Source of the DNA: Pyrinomonadaceae bacterium
Lineage (GTDB): Bacteria > Acidobacteriota > Blastocatellia > Pyrinomonadales > Pyrinomonadaceae
Length of the DNA: 60,496 nucleotides
Assembly: GCA_035995005.1 (NCBI GenBank)
Contig: DASYKW010000043.1
Location: 1 to 60,496, forward strand
Direction: 5' to 3'
The translations under genes were made by a program, and so were the position numbers. The notes beneath the pieces are model-generated. The model was not told the DNA's origin. It ran no database searches and saw only the letters and a list, made by a program, of their open reading frames with translations. Shown in pieces: positions 34,935 to 43,765 of the stretch (its first letter is position 1; each line of letters opens with the position of its first letter).

Positions 34935-37487
34935 ATGGCTATACTCCGCAACTCACGACGAATGACGGTCAGGGCGATCATGGTCTTGTATTTCGCTCTC
35001 ACCCTTCTGGCCGTAAGTGCAGTCGGTCAAAATGCCGATGAGAAGCGTGATCTTACCGAGACATCCTGGGACGAGACGGGTTTTCGCAAGGAAAACACCC
35101 TCCAGAACGATGCCCAATTGAACGATTTTGGGATCGCGACGCGGCGTGTCCTCAAGGTCACTGAAGGCGTTCCCGATAAGCCGGCACGCGGTACGCTGCA
35201 GCTGATCCGCGTAGATAATGACGCATTGATCCGCGAGCTAAAGATGGATGGGACCTGGGACGGCGTTACCCTTGTCCTTTCCTACGTCGTCACAGAAGCC
35301 GACTGGGGTTATAACGGCAAGGAGACGTTGCGGCTAAAACTTGTGGTCAAGGACAAGGAGCCAACCCGCTTGATCGGAAAAGCCGAGGCGATGGTCAATA
35401 CCGCGAACGGCCCACTTGCTTCGCCCGATCGCGATATCACGCTCGAAGAATCAAGCGAACGGCTACCCGTGATCTTCCTACCGGGCGTTGCCGGGACGAT
35501 CCTCACGAGCAATAAATTCGAGGTATGGCCTGTTTCGATAGTTGAGAAGCGGGCTGACCTTGCGCTTGAACCCGACGGCATCACGCCGGCCTTAGGCAAT
35601 TCTATCGGTGTCGGAGACATTCTTCGTCGAGCTGGCATGAATTTCTACGGTACGTTTATCGAAGCCCTCGAGGCAACCGGTTACAAGAGCGGCACCGACC
35701 TGTTTGCGTTTCCGTATGACTGGCGGATGAGTAACGACGCTCACTACGAGCGTCTGGACCGCCTGATCGATGACGCACTCAAAGGATCGAAGAAGAAGAA
35801 GGTGATCCTGACGGCCCACAGCATGGGCGGCGTGATCGCTCGCGGCTACATTTACTCGCGCGCCGATCGTGCCGCGAAGGTCGAAATGCTGATCACGATG
35901 GGAACACCCTATTGGGGATCGCCCAAGGTTTACTACGGGGTGACGAGCGGCTATCAATTCGGAAACTTCACGGCCCGCCAGCAGCTGATGAAAATCCTAA
36001 TGCAGAATTTTCCGGCTGCGTATCAGCTGTTGCCACAAGCCCCGTTTGTGGTGGACAAGAAGACCGGCCAGATGCTCGACCTTGATCTCACGAACACCAT
36101 TCGCTACAAGTGGTTCACGAACGTGGAAGAACGCAGGATCGCTGAGGACATTTACACTGAGACGCAAACGAACGACCGAGTTTTCAATCCTGGGTTAATG
36201 GCGAGGGCAAAAGCCTTTTACGCTCAAGTCGGATCGCCCGGGCGTCCAAATCCTTTACCGGGCGGCGTGAGGCAGTACGCGATCATCGGTACTGGAGTCA
36301 GCACGGTAAGGCAGTTCGAAATGGAGGACTGGTCGCCGAGCTCTCTCGACTCGCTTATGGGCTGGAAAACCTATCTTGACTTGGGCGATGGAAGAAAGGT
36401 CGTCATGCATCCGATCATCGGCGACGGTGACGGGACGGTGCCGATCTGGAGTCTGGAGACGGCGGCTTCGACGGCCAATTACTATGTTCCGCATACGGCC
36501 TACGCATCGAGTGCCCACGGGGAGCTTCCCGCTAATCCGACTGTCCAGGCTATCGCTTTGAGCATCATCAAGCACAAGCCCCTGAAACCGGAAGCGTATC
36601 CGCGCCCTCTTTACTACATGGACATACCCCTTAAACGCGGTGTCGAAGTCGAGGACAATACGCAGTTCGAACTTCACTCCGACGCGCATCTCCGAGTTAC
36701 GGATGCGGCTGGCCGCTCGCTCGGTTTCAACAGCCGGGGTGAGATAGACGAAAGTTTGGCGGGCACATTCCTCGCCTACGAGGGCGTCGAGTTTGCCTCG
36801 GTTTCGGGCCTAAGCATCCCGCTAAAGGTCACGGTCGACGGCATTCGAACCGGCAAGTTCACACTTAACGTAAAAGGGCAATCGGGAGGGAAGCCGTCGG
36901 GCGAGTTTATGTACAAGGAGGTTCCGGTTTTGGCCGGCACTAAAACCGAATTTGTCTTTACGCCGGGGGCAACGACGCAGCCGCCTGTATTGCAGGTGAC
37001 CAGCGGCGGAGCAATAACCACCGTGCAGGCAGTCGTCATCCAGCCCTGGACGGCTCGCTCCAAACCAGGCGGCGGAGCACAAATCGTAGGTGACGGTAAT
37101 TTTCTTGGCAATATTCCGGCCGTGGGCGGCACCGTCACCTCGTTCAAGGTTTTCGATAACAATGCCGATGAGCTTCCACCGATCGGCTTGAGGGCGTATA
37201 AGACCCGCTTTGTCGGCGCAACGCTCAAGGCCGTCTATTACGAGATGTCGGTTTCGTACGCCGCGGATAGCCCCGTTGTCTTCGCTCTCCGTTCGATCTG
37301 GAAGAAGGGCGACCAGATTTTCGCCCAGCAGGATCTGTCTGTCTCGAAGCCCGCGAACCTCAATACGAGCACAAAGACGTATGGTTATGTCATTCCTCCC
37401 CCTGGCCGATGGGAACCGGGCAATTACACTGTCGAGATAGAGGTTGATGGCCGAAAGGTCGCATCGGCAGTTTTCACCGTGGATTGA
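34935..37487 (+). CDS. secreted alpha/beta-hydrolase, LCAT/PGAP1-like lipase/esterase with a long C-terminal extension
   Basis: PVIFLPGVAGT, nucleophile elbow AHSMGG, GDGDGTVP and HGELP (Asp/His candidates). Signal peptide MTVRAIMVLYFALTLLAVSAVGQ. The start is trimmed (34935 or 34962) because 34848-34881 is the tRNA terminator. Confidence 0.8.
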   Translation: MAILRNSRRMTVRAIMVLYFALTLLAVSAVGQNADEKRDLTETSWDETGFRKENTLQNDAQLNDFGIATRRVLKVTEGVPDKPARGTLQLIRVDNDALIRELKMDGTWDGVTLVLSYVVTEADWGYNGKETLRLKLVVKDKEPTRLIGKAEAMVNTANGPLASPDRDITLEESSERLPVIFLPGVAGTILTSNKFEVWPVSIVEKRADLALEPDGITPALGNSIGVGDILRRAGMNFYGTFIEALEATGYKSGTDLFAFPYDWRMSNDAHYERLDRLIDDALKGSKKKKVILTAHSMGGVIARGYIYSRADRAAKVEMLITMGTPYWGSPKVYYGVTSGYQFGNFTARQQLMKILMQNFPAAYQLLPQAPFVVDKKTGQMLDLDLTNTIRYKWFTNVEERRIAEDIYTETQTNDRVFNPGLMARAKAFYAQVGSPGRPNPLPGGVRQYAIIGTGVSTVRQFEMEDWSPSSLDSLMGWKTYLDLGDGRKVVMHPIIGDGDGTVPIWSLETAASTANYYVPHTAYASSAHGELPANPTVQAIALSIIKHKPLKPEAYPRPLYYMDIPLKRGVEVEDNTQFELHSDAHLRVTDAAGRSLGFNSRGEIDESLAGTFLAYEGVEFASVSGLSIPLKVTVDGIRTGKFTLNVKGQSGGKPSGEFMYKEVPVLAGTKTEFVFTPGATTQPPVLQVTSGGAITTVQAVVIQPWTARSKPGGGAQIVGDGNFLGNIPAVGGTVTSFKVFDNNADELPPIGLRAYKTRFVGATLKAVYYEMSVSYAADSPVVFALRSIWKKGDQIFAQQDLSVSKPANLNTSTKTYGYVIPPPGRWEPGNYTVEIEVDGRKVASAVFTVD

Positions 37488-37529
37488 TTCGAAGCAATCC
37501 GAGAGGACGTCAGGTCGTCATTCCGTCAG

Positions 37530-38708
37530 TCATTTTGGTTTGGGCAGATCGGGAGCCGTTGTGGAGATTGCCGCTCCGACGATATAGCTGTCGCGTGAGC
37601 GGATGATGAGGCCGGGGCGGTTGACGCGGACCTTGATCATCCTACGCTGGCCGCGTTTGCCCTCGGTATCGGGGACGTAGCCGATGTTGTACTGGCGGCG
37701 AAGCTCCTCGGCGATTCCCTCGAAAGCTCGCGTCAATCCGCCGGGCGTCGATTCAGGCCGGAATACACGGCCGCCGGTCACCTCCGCCAATTCCTCAAGA
37801 TATTTCTTACCCACCGCATAGTCGGACGCAGAGGTCCCGGCGCTTATACCGCCGCCGAAGATTATTCCGGGCCATCCACCGCCGCTCATCGAGCGGTTGT
37901 CCGCGTAGGTGTTGAAATAGATCGGGAAGACGAGGGAATCGGACTCCTCGGCGTAGGCGACTGTGCCGTCGTAGTTATTCTTTCGTGAGGTCGTGTCGAC
38001 GCCGTCAGTAAAGAGCACGACAGCCTTACGGCCCTCGATCTTCGACAGTTGTTTCCTGAGTGCTTCATCGACCGCGTTGTAGAGTGACGTTCCATCACCG
38101 AACTTTGCCTTCTGAATACCCTTGTAGATCTTTTGGCGGTCGGTCGTTCGCTGAGTCTGGATCTTTACGCTGCTATTGAACTCGATCACGATGACGCTGT
38201 CATTCGGCCCCAGCTGGTCGATGAAAGCCTCGGCCGCGCGGTGGATCTCGTCGATCTTGTATTGCGTCGATGGGCTCGTATCGAGTAAAAGAGCGACGGT
38301 GAACGGTTTGTCCTGAGCTCCGAAATACGCGATCTGCTGCTCGCGGCCATCCTCGAATATTTTGAAATCCTCCGTTCTCAACCCCGGGATGTACAGTCCA
38401 TTCCTGTCAAAAACCGAGACCGGTATGGTCACGAGATTTGTCTCGACCTTTACCACTTCGCCATCATCTGAGCCTGACGAGCCGATAACAGGCGCGAGAA
38501 CGGCCGGGTCGATCGGCTGGCTCGGCGAAGCCGGTCGAGCGTAGCGACGAGTGCCGGGGTTGGACTCGGAATACTGCTCGGGCTCCTCAATCGTCGCTCC
38601 TGTTCCAGGCGTCGGAGTCGGTGTCGCGGGCGCGCGCCTGCCCGATTGCGGCGATGACGCAACCGTGAGAGCGAGAACGATGGCCAGCGAGTAGATCCCG
38701 AACTTCAT
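37530..38708 (-). CDS. VWA-domain protein, acidobacterial VWFA-related type (paralog of 15797..16786)
   Basis: Trimmed to ATG 38708 (MKFGIYSLAIVLALTVAS signal). VKVETNLVTIPVSVFD..FKIFEDGREQQI, MIDAS DTSPS, C-terminal YNIGYVPDTEGKRGQRRMIKVRVNRPGL. Confidence 0.88.
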   Translation of the reverse strand: MKFGIYSLAIVLALTVASSPQSGRRAPATPTPTPGTGATIEEPEQYSESNPGTRRYARPASPSQPIDPAVLAPVIGSSGSDDGEVVKVETNLVTIPVSVFDRNGLYIPGLRTEDFKIFEDGREQQIAYFGAQDKPFTVALLLDTSPSTQYKIDEIHRAAEAFIDQLGPNDSVIVIEFNSSVKIQTQRTTDRQKIYKGIQKAKFGDGTSLYNAVDEALRKQLSKIEGRKAVVLFTDGVDTTSRKNNYDGTVAYAEESDSLVFPIYFNTYADNRSMSGGGWPGIIFGGGISAGTSASDYAVGKKYLEELAEVTGGRVFRPESTPGGLTRAFEGIAEELRRQYNIGYVPDTEGKRGQRRMIKVRVNRPGLIIRSRDSYIVGAAISTTAPDLPKPK

Positions 38709-38773
38709 GAATGCGAACCTCGAAACGAATAGATTTCCTGCATTTGGATGCCGTCCCGGAGTGGCGGGTTTTA

Positions 38774-39523
38774 TCATCTTTCGCACGAGATAGCTTCGAC
38801 CGTGACACCCACGGCGAACAGGGCGGACCTGATCGAGCGTGCGAACTCGACCGCGCGGGTCCCGTCCCCGTGCAAACATATCGTCTGGGCCCGCACCGGA
38901 ATTGCCGTACCATCGGTCGCGGTGACCGAACTCTCCCGGACCATTCGTAACGCTTGAGTAACGGCCTGCGCGTCGTCGGTTATTAGAGCGTTCGCCTCCC
39001 GTCTTGGGGTCAACGATCCATCTGCCCGATAAGTGCGATCTGCAAATACCTCCGACGCCGCGGTGAGCCCGATTCGCTCGGCTTCGGCAATGCAGACAGT
39101 GCCGGACAGGCCGAATAGCACAAGATCCTTATCAAAAGCCGCGACTGCCTCAGCGACTGCGGCGGCGAGTTCACCGTCGCGTGCGGCCTGATTGTAGAGG
39201 GCACCGTGAGGCTTTACATGATTCAGACGCCCTCCGGCAGCGAGCGCGTGACCCTTCATAATAGCGATCTGCTCGGTTACCAGGTCAAAGACGTCTTTCG
39301 ATGAAAGAGACATCTCGGTGCGGCCAAAATTCTCGCGGTCTTTATAGCCTGGATGAGCGCCTATCGCAACGCCTTTCTCGACGGCCAACTCGGACGTTAC
39401 TCGCATTGTCTCGGCGTCACCGGCGTGAAAGCCGCAGGCTATATTTGCCGACGAGACAAGATCGAGCAGTTCGGCGTCGTGCCCACAGCCCTCGCCCATG
39501 TCGCAGTTGAGATCGATCTTCAT
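38774..39523 (-). CDS. pxpA: 5-oxoprolinase subunit A (LamB/YcsF family)
   Basis: MKIDLNCDMGEG N-terminus typical of the family. 249 aa. Last gene of the pxpBCA run. Confidence 0.9.
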   Translation of the reverse strand: MKIDLNCDMGEGCGHDAELLDLVSSANIACGFHAGDAETMRVTSELAVEKGVAIGAHPGYKDRENFGRTEMSLSSKDVFDLVTEQIAIMKGHALAAGGRLNHVKPHGALYNQAARDGELAAAVAEAVAAFDKDLVLFGLSGTVCIAEAERIGLTAASEVFADRTYRADGSLTPRREANALITDDAQAVTQALRMVRESSVTATDGTAIPVRAQTICLHGDGTRAVEFARSIRSALFAVGVTVEAISCER

Positions 39524-40473
39524 CTGCTTTGAAATCTACACGCGACGCGAAGCAAACTCAATTCCTCTTCCAAGTGAAGCATGAGTCTCTCGGCGTCCGT
39601 GTATTCGACCATGTGGAACGCGACCTTATCACCTGCGCCAAGTTGGCCAACCAATGGCAGGTCGTACGAGATCACGTGAGCGATCCGCGGATAACCGCCG
39701 GCGGTCTGCTGGTCGGCCATCAGGACGATCAATTGGCCGTCGGGAAGCAACTGAATGGTACCGAATGTCACCGCGGACGAGATCAATTCTCGCGGCTCGC
39801 CGAGCGACAGCGGTTCACCATCGAGTTGAAAGCCCATTCGATTCGATCGAGGCGAGATCGTGAAGTTTTGCGAAGTGAGGGCTTTGCGGCTCGACTTGCT
39901 CAAGTATTCGTACTCCGGTCCGGGGACGATCCGCACGGTGGGAAAGCGGCTGTAATGGGGCAGCAGATACGGAGACACAGCCCGGACTGGACTGTGCTGT
40001 GCCTCGGCGTTCCTTAGACCGATGCGTTCGCCAGCTTGCAGCTTTCGCCCGTCGAGTCCGCCGACGCGAGCGTTGAGGTTCGTGCTTGCGCTGCCCAGCC
40101 AGAGTGGGATGTCGAGACCGCCGCGGACTGCAAGATAGGAACGCTCGCCGGTCATCTTGCCAGTGAAATGTAGGGTCGAGCCTTTCGTGGCGAGGAACGA
40201 CCTCCAATTCCCGACGGGCTCGCGGTCGAGCTCGGCGCTAAAGTCACCGCCGCAGATCGCAAAAGTGACAGCACTGTCGAAGCGGATCTCGGCAGCAGGA
40301 AAATGCATTTCGAGTAGCGCGTTGTTTTCGTCGTTACCCGCGAGTAGATTCGCTACGCGTGCCGCGACCGGGTCCATCGGGCCGTTCGGATTGATCCCAC
40401 AGCGGCGCCAGCCGCTGCGCCCGAGGTCCTGAACGGTGGTAAGAATGCCGGCTCTGAGAAGCGTGAGACTCAT
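39520..40473 (-). CDS. pxpC: 5-oxoprolinase subunit C (KipA / allophanate-hydrolase-subunit-2-like)
   Basis: 317 aa. LRAGILTTVQDLGR.. N-terminus and the QTAGGYPRIA motif typical of the family. 4-nt overlaps on both sides. Confidence 0.88.
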   Translation of the reverse strand: MSLTLLRAGILTTVQDLGRSGWRRCGINPNGPMDPVAARVANLLAGNDENNALLEMHFPAAEIRFDSAVTFAICGGDFSAELDREPVGNWRSFLATKGSTLHFTGKMTGERSYLAVRGGLDIPLWLGSASTNLNARVGGLDGRKLQAGERIGLRNAEAQHSPVRAVSPYLLPHYSRFPTVRIVPGPEYEYLSKSSRKALTSQNFTISPRSNRMGFQLDGEPLSLGEPRELISSAVTFGTIQLLPDGQLIVLMADQQTAGGYPRIAHVISYDLPLVGQLGAGDKVAFHMVEYTDAERLMLHLEEELSLLRVACRFQSR

Positions 40474-41153
40474 TTCGCGGGGACGAATCGCACCTGATCG
40501 CCGGGCTGCAGGAGCGTAGGTCGTTTGGCATGGGGCGTAAAAACCTCGACGTCAGTGCGGCCGACGATCTGCCAGCCGCCGGGTGATTCGAGCGAATAAA
40601 TTCCGGTCTGTTTGCCGGCGATACCGACGCTGCCGTTTGGGACGGATGCTCGCGGTGCATCCTTTCGAGGTGTCGCGATCCGCTTATCGACCTCAGCCAT
40701 ATATGTGAATCCTGGCAGGAAACCGAGCATGAAAACCCGATAGGTCCGCCCGGTAAAGAGCTCGATCACTTTGTTCTCACCCAGGCCTGATTGTTTAGCA
40801 ACGAATGCGAGGTCCGGTGCAGAAGTCGAATCGAAATGCACCGGAATCTCGACCACTCGCGACTCAGCGACGAGTGTCGTCTTTATCGTCTTGAGGGCGG
40901 CGTCGGCGAGAGATCTTACGGTATCGAACGACGAGGCAGACTCCGGAAACCCTCGTCGGACCTGTGCAACGTCGTAAAAGATCGTAGCCGACGCATAAGC
41001 CGGAACGCTCTCGATAAATCCCGGGAAAGGGTGAGACTCGAAATGGTCCGAGAGAGCGATCGAGCGCTGATTTAGGTCGACGGAGATCTCATTGCCAAAC
41101 TCGACGGTCAGAGCCGAGTCGCCGAGCGGGAAGATCCTAAAGCCGTCCGCCAT
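40470..41153 (-). CDS. pxpB: 5-oxoprolinase subunit B (KipI-like)
   Basis: 227 aa. FRIFPLGDSALTVEFG.. start and cyclophilin-like C-terminal GSVGIAGKQTGIY. Confidence 0.88.
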   Translation of the reverse strand: MADGFRIFPLGDSALTVEFGNEISVDLNQRSIALSDHFESHPFPGFIESVPAYASATIFYDVAQVRRGFPESASSFDTVRSLADAALKTIKTTLVAESRVVEIPVHFDSTSAPDLAFVAKQSGLGENKVIELFTGRTYRVFMLGFLPGFTYMAEVDKRIATPRKDAPRASVPNGSVGIAGKQTGIYSLESPGGWQIVGRTDVEVFTPHAKRPTLLQPGDQVRFVPAK

Positions 41154-41155
41154 CT

Positions 41156-41965
41156 CTATCTGCTCCGTTGTTTTGGATCGAGATATTCACGCAGGCCATC
41201 GCCTATGAAGTTGAACGCAAGGACCGTCAGTGCGATCGCAACACCCGGGAAAAAGAGCACGTGTGGTGAGAATGTGTAGAATTGCCGCGCCTCCTCGATC
41301 ATCGTTCCCCAGCTCGGAGCCGGCGGCGGAATGCCAAGACCAAGAAATGACAGTGACGCCTCCGAAAGGACGGCACCGGCCATTCCAAGCGAAGACTGCA
41401 CAATTAGAGGCTGAATAGCGTTCGGCAGAATGTGTGTGAAAAGAATGCGTAGATTTCCCGCACCAAGCGCACGCGCGGCCTGGACGTAGTCGTATTCGCG
41501 CACCTTCAGCACCTGTCCTCGCATAACGCGTGCATAGCCGACCCATCCGATGATGCAAAGAGCGAGAATGAGCTTGCCTTGGCCTGCCCCAAGAAACGCG
41601 ACGAGCGCGATCGCCAGCAGCAGTCCGGGAAACGCGAGAAAAACATTGAAGACATAACCCGACAGGAATTTGTCGACAAATCCACCATAGAAACCCGCGA
41701 TCGCCCCAATGATCGTGCCAATAATAGCAGATACGGCGACGACCGTGATCCCGACCTCAAGCGAGATCCGCGCTCCATAAACGACACGCGAAAAGACGTC
41801 CCGCCCGAGACCATCCGTTCCGAACCAATGTTCCGCCGACGGTGATGCGTAGCGATGAAGCAGGTCCTGGACGACGACATCGTGCGTCGCGATAAACGGC
41901 GCGAATATTGCAGCGAGGATCACCAACGCCGCGATAAAAAGACCGATGTAGCCGAGTCTGCTCAA
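41156..41965 (-). CDS. ABC peptide-transporter permease (DppC/OppC type)
   Basis: Six-TM BPD_transp_1 pattern with EAA-like loop YVQAARALGAGNLRILFTHILPNA. Confidence 0.9.
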   Translation of the reverse strand: MSRLGYIGLFIAALVILAAIFAPFIATHDVVVQDLLHRYASPSAEHWFGTDGLGRDVFSRVVYGARISLEVGITVVAVSAIIGTIIGAIAGFYGGFVDKFLSGYVFNVFLAFPGLLLAIALVAFLGAGQGKLILALCIIGWVGYARVMRGQVLKVREYDYVQAARALGAGNLRILFTHILPNAIQPLIVQSSLGMAGAVLSEASLSFLGLGIPPPAPSWGTMIEEARQFYTFSPHVLFFPGVAIALTVLAFNFIGDGLREYLDPKQRSR

Positions 41966-42942
41966 GAGAGTCTTATCCTTGGGTCAAGTTTTCGATAGAC
42001 GAAATCGGTCAGCGAATTCGCCAAAATATAGGTGACGCTGATGACGAGGACGCAGCCCTGGACCAGTCGATAATCGCGCTTGCCGATGCCGTCCTCGAGC
42101 AGCAAGAGGCCGAGGCCCTGCCAGTTAAAGATCTTTTCCGTGATGATCGCCCCGGCGAGCAATACGCCGAGCTGGAGGCCGAGAATGGTGACGACTGGAA
42201 TAAGCCCGTTCTTGAGTACGTGTTTGAACAACACCTTTCGTTCGTTCACGCCTTTGGCACGAGCGGTGCGGACGTAGTCTTCACCGAGCTCCTCAATGAC
42301 GCTGGAGCGGATCATTCGGGTGAGAATAGCGGAGAGTGCGGCTCCGAGCGTTACGGCCGGCAAAACAATGTCCTCGGGATAATAGCTGCCTGTCGGCGAA
42401 AACCATCCCAGCTTAACGGCAAAAATGTAGACAAGAAATGGGCCGATCACGAACGTCGGCAAGGAGATTCCCAACAGCGCAAAAACGGACGCCGAATTGT
42501 CCATCAGCGAGTTTTTTCGCGAGCCGGCGAGCACACCCAGTGGAAGAGCAATGCCGATAGCGACGAGCATCGCTGCGATCGCAAGCTCGATCGTCGCGGG
42601 ATACCGCTCGAAGATCATGTCGCGCACCGGCCTATCGGTGCGCATCGAGCGGCCGAGGTCACCTTGTAATAGACCGAGCCAGTAATCGGCGTATCGGTTG
42701 TCCGCACCGTTCCAAACGAGACCGTTGTCGGAGCTATAGGAGACGAAGAATGCCGGACGGTCCAAACCGTGTTTGTGTCGAAAATTATCGAGTTGTTCCT
42801 GCGTTGCGGTCTCGCCGAGAATGATCGTCGCGGGGTCGCCGGGGACGATCTCGATAAGGAAGGTCACCAGCGAGACTACCGTCCAGATTACGAGCAGCAT
42901 CAGGCCGAGCTGACGAGCAAAGTTGAGAAGGTTGTACTTCAA
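41962..42942 (-). CDS. ABC peptide-transporter permease (DppB/OppB type)
   Basis: 326 aa. EAA-like loop YVRTARAKGVNERKVLFKHVLKNGLIP. 4-nt overlap with the next permease. Confidence 0.9.
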   Translation of the reverse strand: MKYNLLNFARQLGLMLLVIWTVVSLVTFLIEIVPGDPATIILGETATQEQLDNFRHKHGLDRPAFFVSYSSDNGLVWNGADNRYADYWLGLLQGDLGRSMRTDRPVRDMIFERYPATIELAIAAMLVAIGIALPLGVLAGSRKNSLMDNSASVFALLGISLPTFVIGPFLVYIFAVKLGWFSPTGSYYPEDIVLPAVTLGAALSAILTRMIRSSVIEELGEDYVRTARAKGVNERKVLFKHVLKNGLIPVVTILGLQLGVLLAGAIITEKIFNWQGLGLLLLEDGIGKRDYRLVQGCVLVISVTYILANSLTDFVYRKLDPRIRLS

Positions 42943-43048
42943 GCCGCGTCCTCCGCGAGACCCGTATTCTGCTCCCGCGAAAGAGCCTGTATTTCGTGAT
43001 AAACATGCATCCGGGCGATCAAGTTAAGATGGGCGAGCAGATACGACT

Positions 43049-43765
43049 TTAGCCCGATTTCGTGCCCGAATGCAAAGCGGCGATACCGCCCGTGAGATTT
43101 TGGAATTCGACTGATGTAAGGCCCGCAGTTTCCATCATCGTGGCAAGCGTTTTCTGGTCGGGAAACTTGGAAACGCTGTCCGGCAGATACTCATACGCCC
43201 CGCGAGAGCCGCTCACCATCCCGCCGATCCGCGGCAGGACCGTGCTGAAATAGAGCTCGTAGAGCTGGCGAAACACGGGTAGTCGCGGCTTAGAGCACTC
43301 GAGAATTACGAGGCGTCCGCCGGGTTTCAGAATGCGATGCATCTCTGCGATTCCGTCGGCGTGATGCGGAAGGTTCCTAAGACCGAACGCGATCGTCACG
43401 GCGTCGAATATGCGATCTGGAAACGAGAGCTTCATTGCGTCGGCCTCAACGTAGGGAATTGAGGCCTCCTTATCGCGAGCGACGGCGAGCATCGGACGGC
43501 AAAAGTCGGTCGCTATTACCGTTGCGGCTGAATCGTGCTGCAATTCGATCGCAAGGTCGCCTGTGCCGCATGCAACGTCGAGGACCAGAGAATCGGGGCA
43601 AGCCAGAACGTCGGCCAGTTCTCGACGGACGCTTCGCCGCCAGCCTTTGTCGATATTCAGTGAGAGAACGTGATTTAAGAGATCGTATCGACGGGCAATG
43701 CCGGAAAACATCTCCTTGACTGCCCGAGAATGTGCGGCCTCTTTGTCAGTAAGAACACGGTCCAT
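43049..43765 (-). CDS. ubiE: demethylmenaquinone/ubiquinone C-methyltransferase (UbiE/MenG)
   Basis: MFSGIARRYDLLNHVLS, SAM motif VLDVACGTGD, FGLRN. Trimmed to ATG 43765, which overlaps the upstream stop (TAATG). Confidence 0.9.
   Translation of the reverse strand: MDRVLTDKEAAHSRAVKEMFSGIARRYDLLNHVLSLNIDKGWRRSVRRELADVLACPDSLVLDVACGTGDLAIELQHDSAATVIATDFCRPMLAVARDKEASIPYVEADAMKLSFPDRIFDAVTIAFGLRNLPHHADGIAEMHRILKPGGRLVILECSKPRLPVFRQLYELYFSTVLPRIGGMVSGSRGAYEYLPDSVSKFPDQKTLATMMETAGLTSVEFQNLTGGIAALHSGTKSG

Noticed and set aside
42253-42270. TGGCAC-N5-GTGC, a sigma54 promoter-like string found while looking for targets of the NtrX-like activator
   Set aside because: It lies inside and antisense to a permease CDS and deviates from TTGC. 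I found no convincing TGGCAC-N5-TTGC in any intergenic region.
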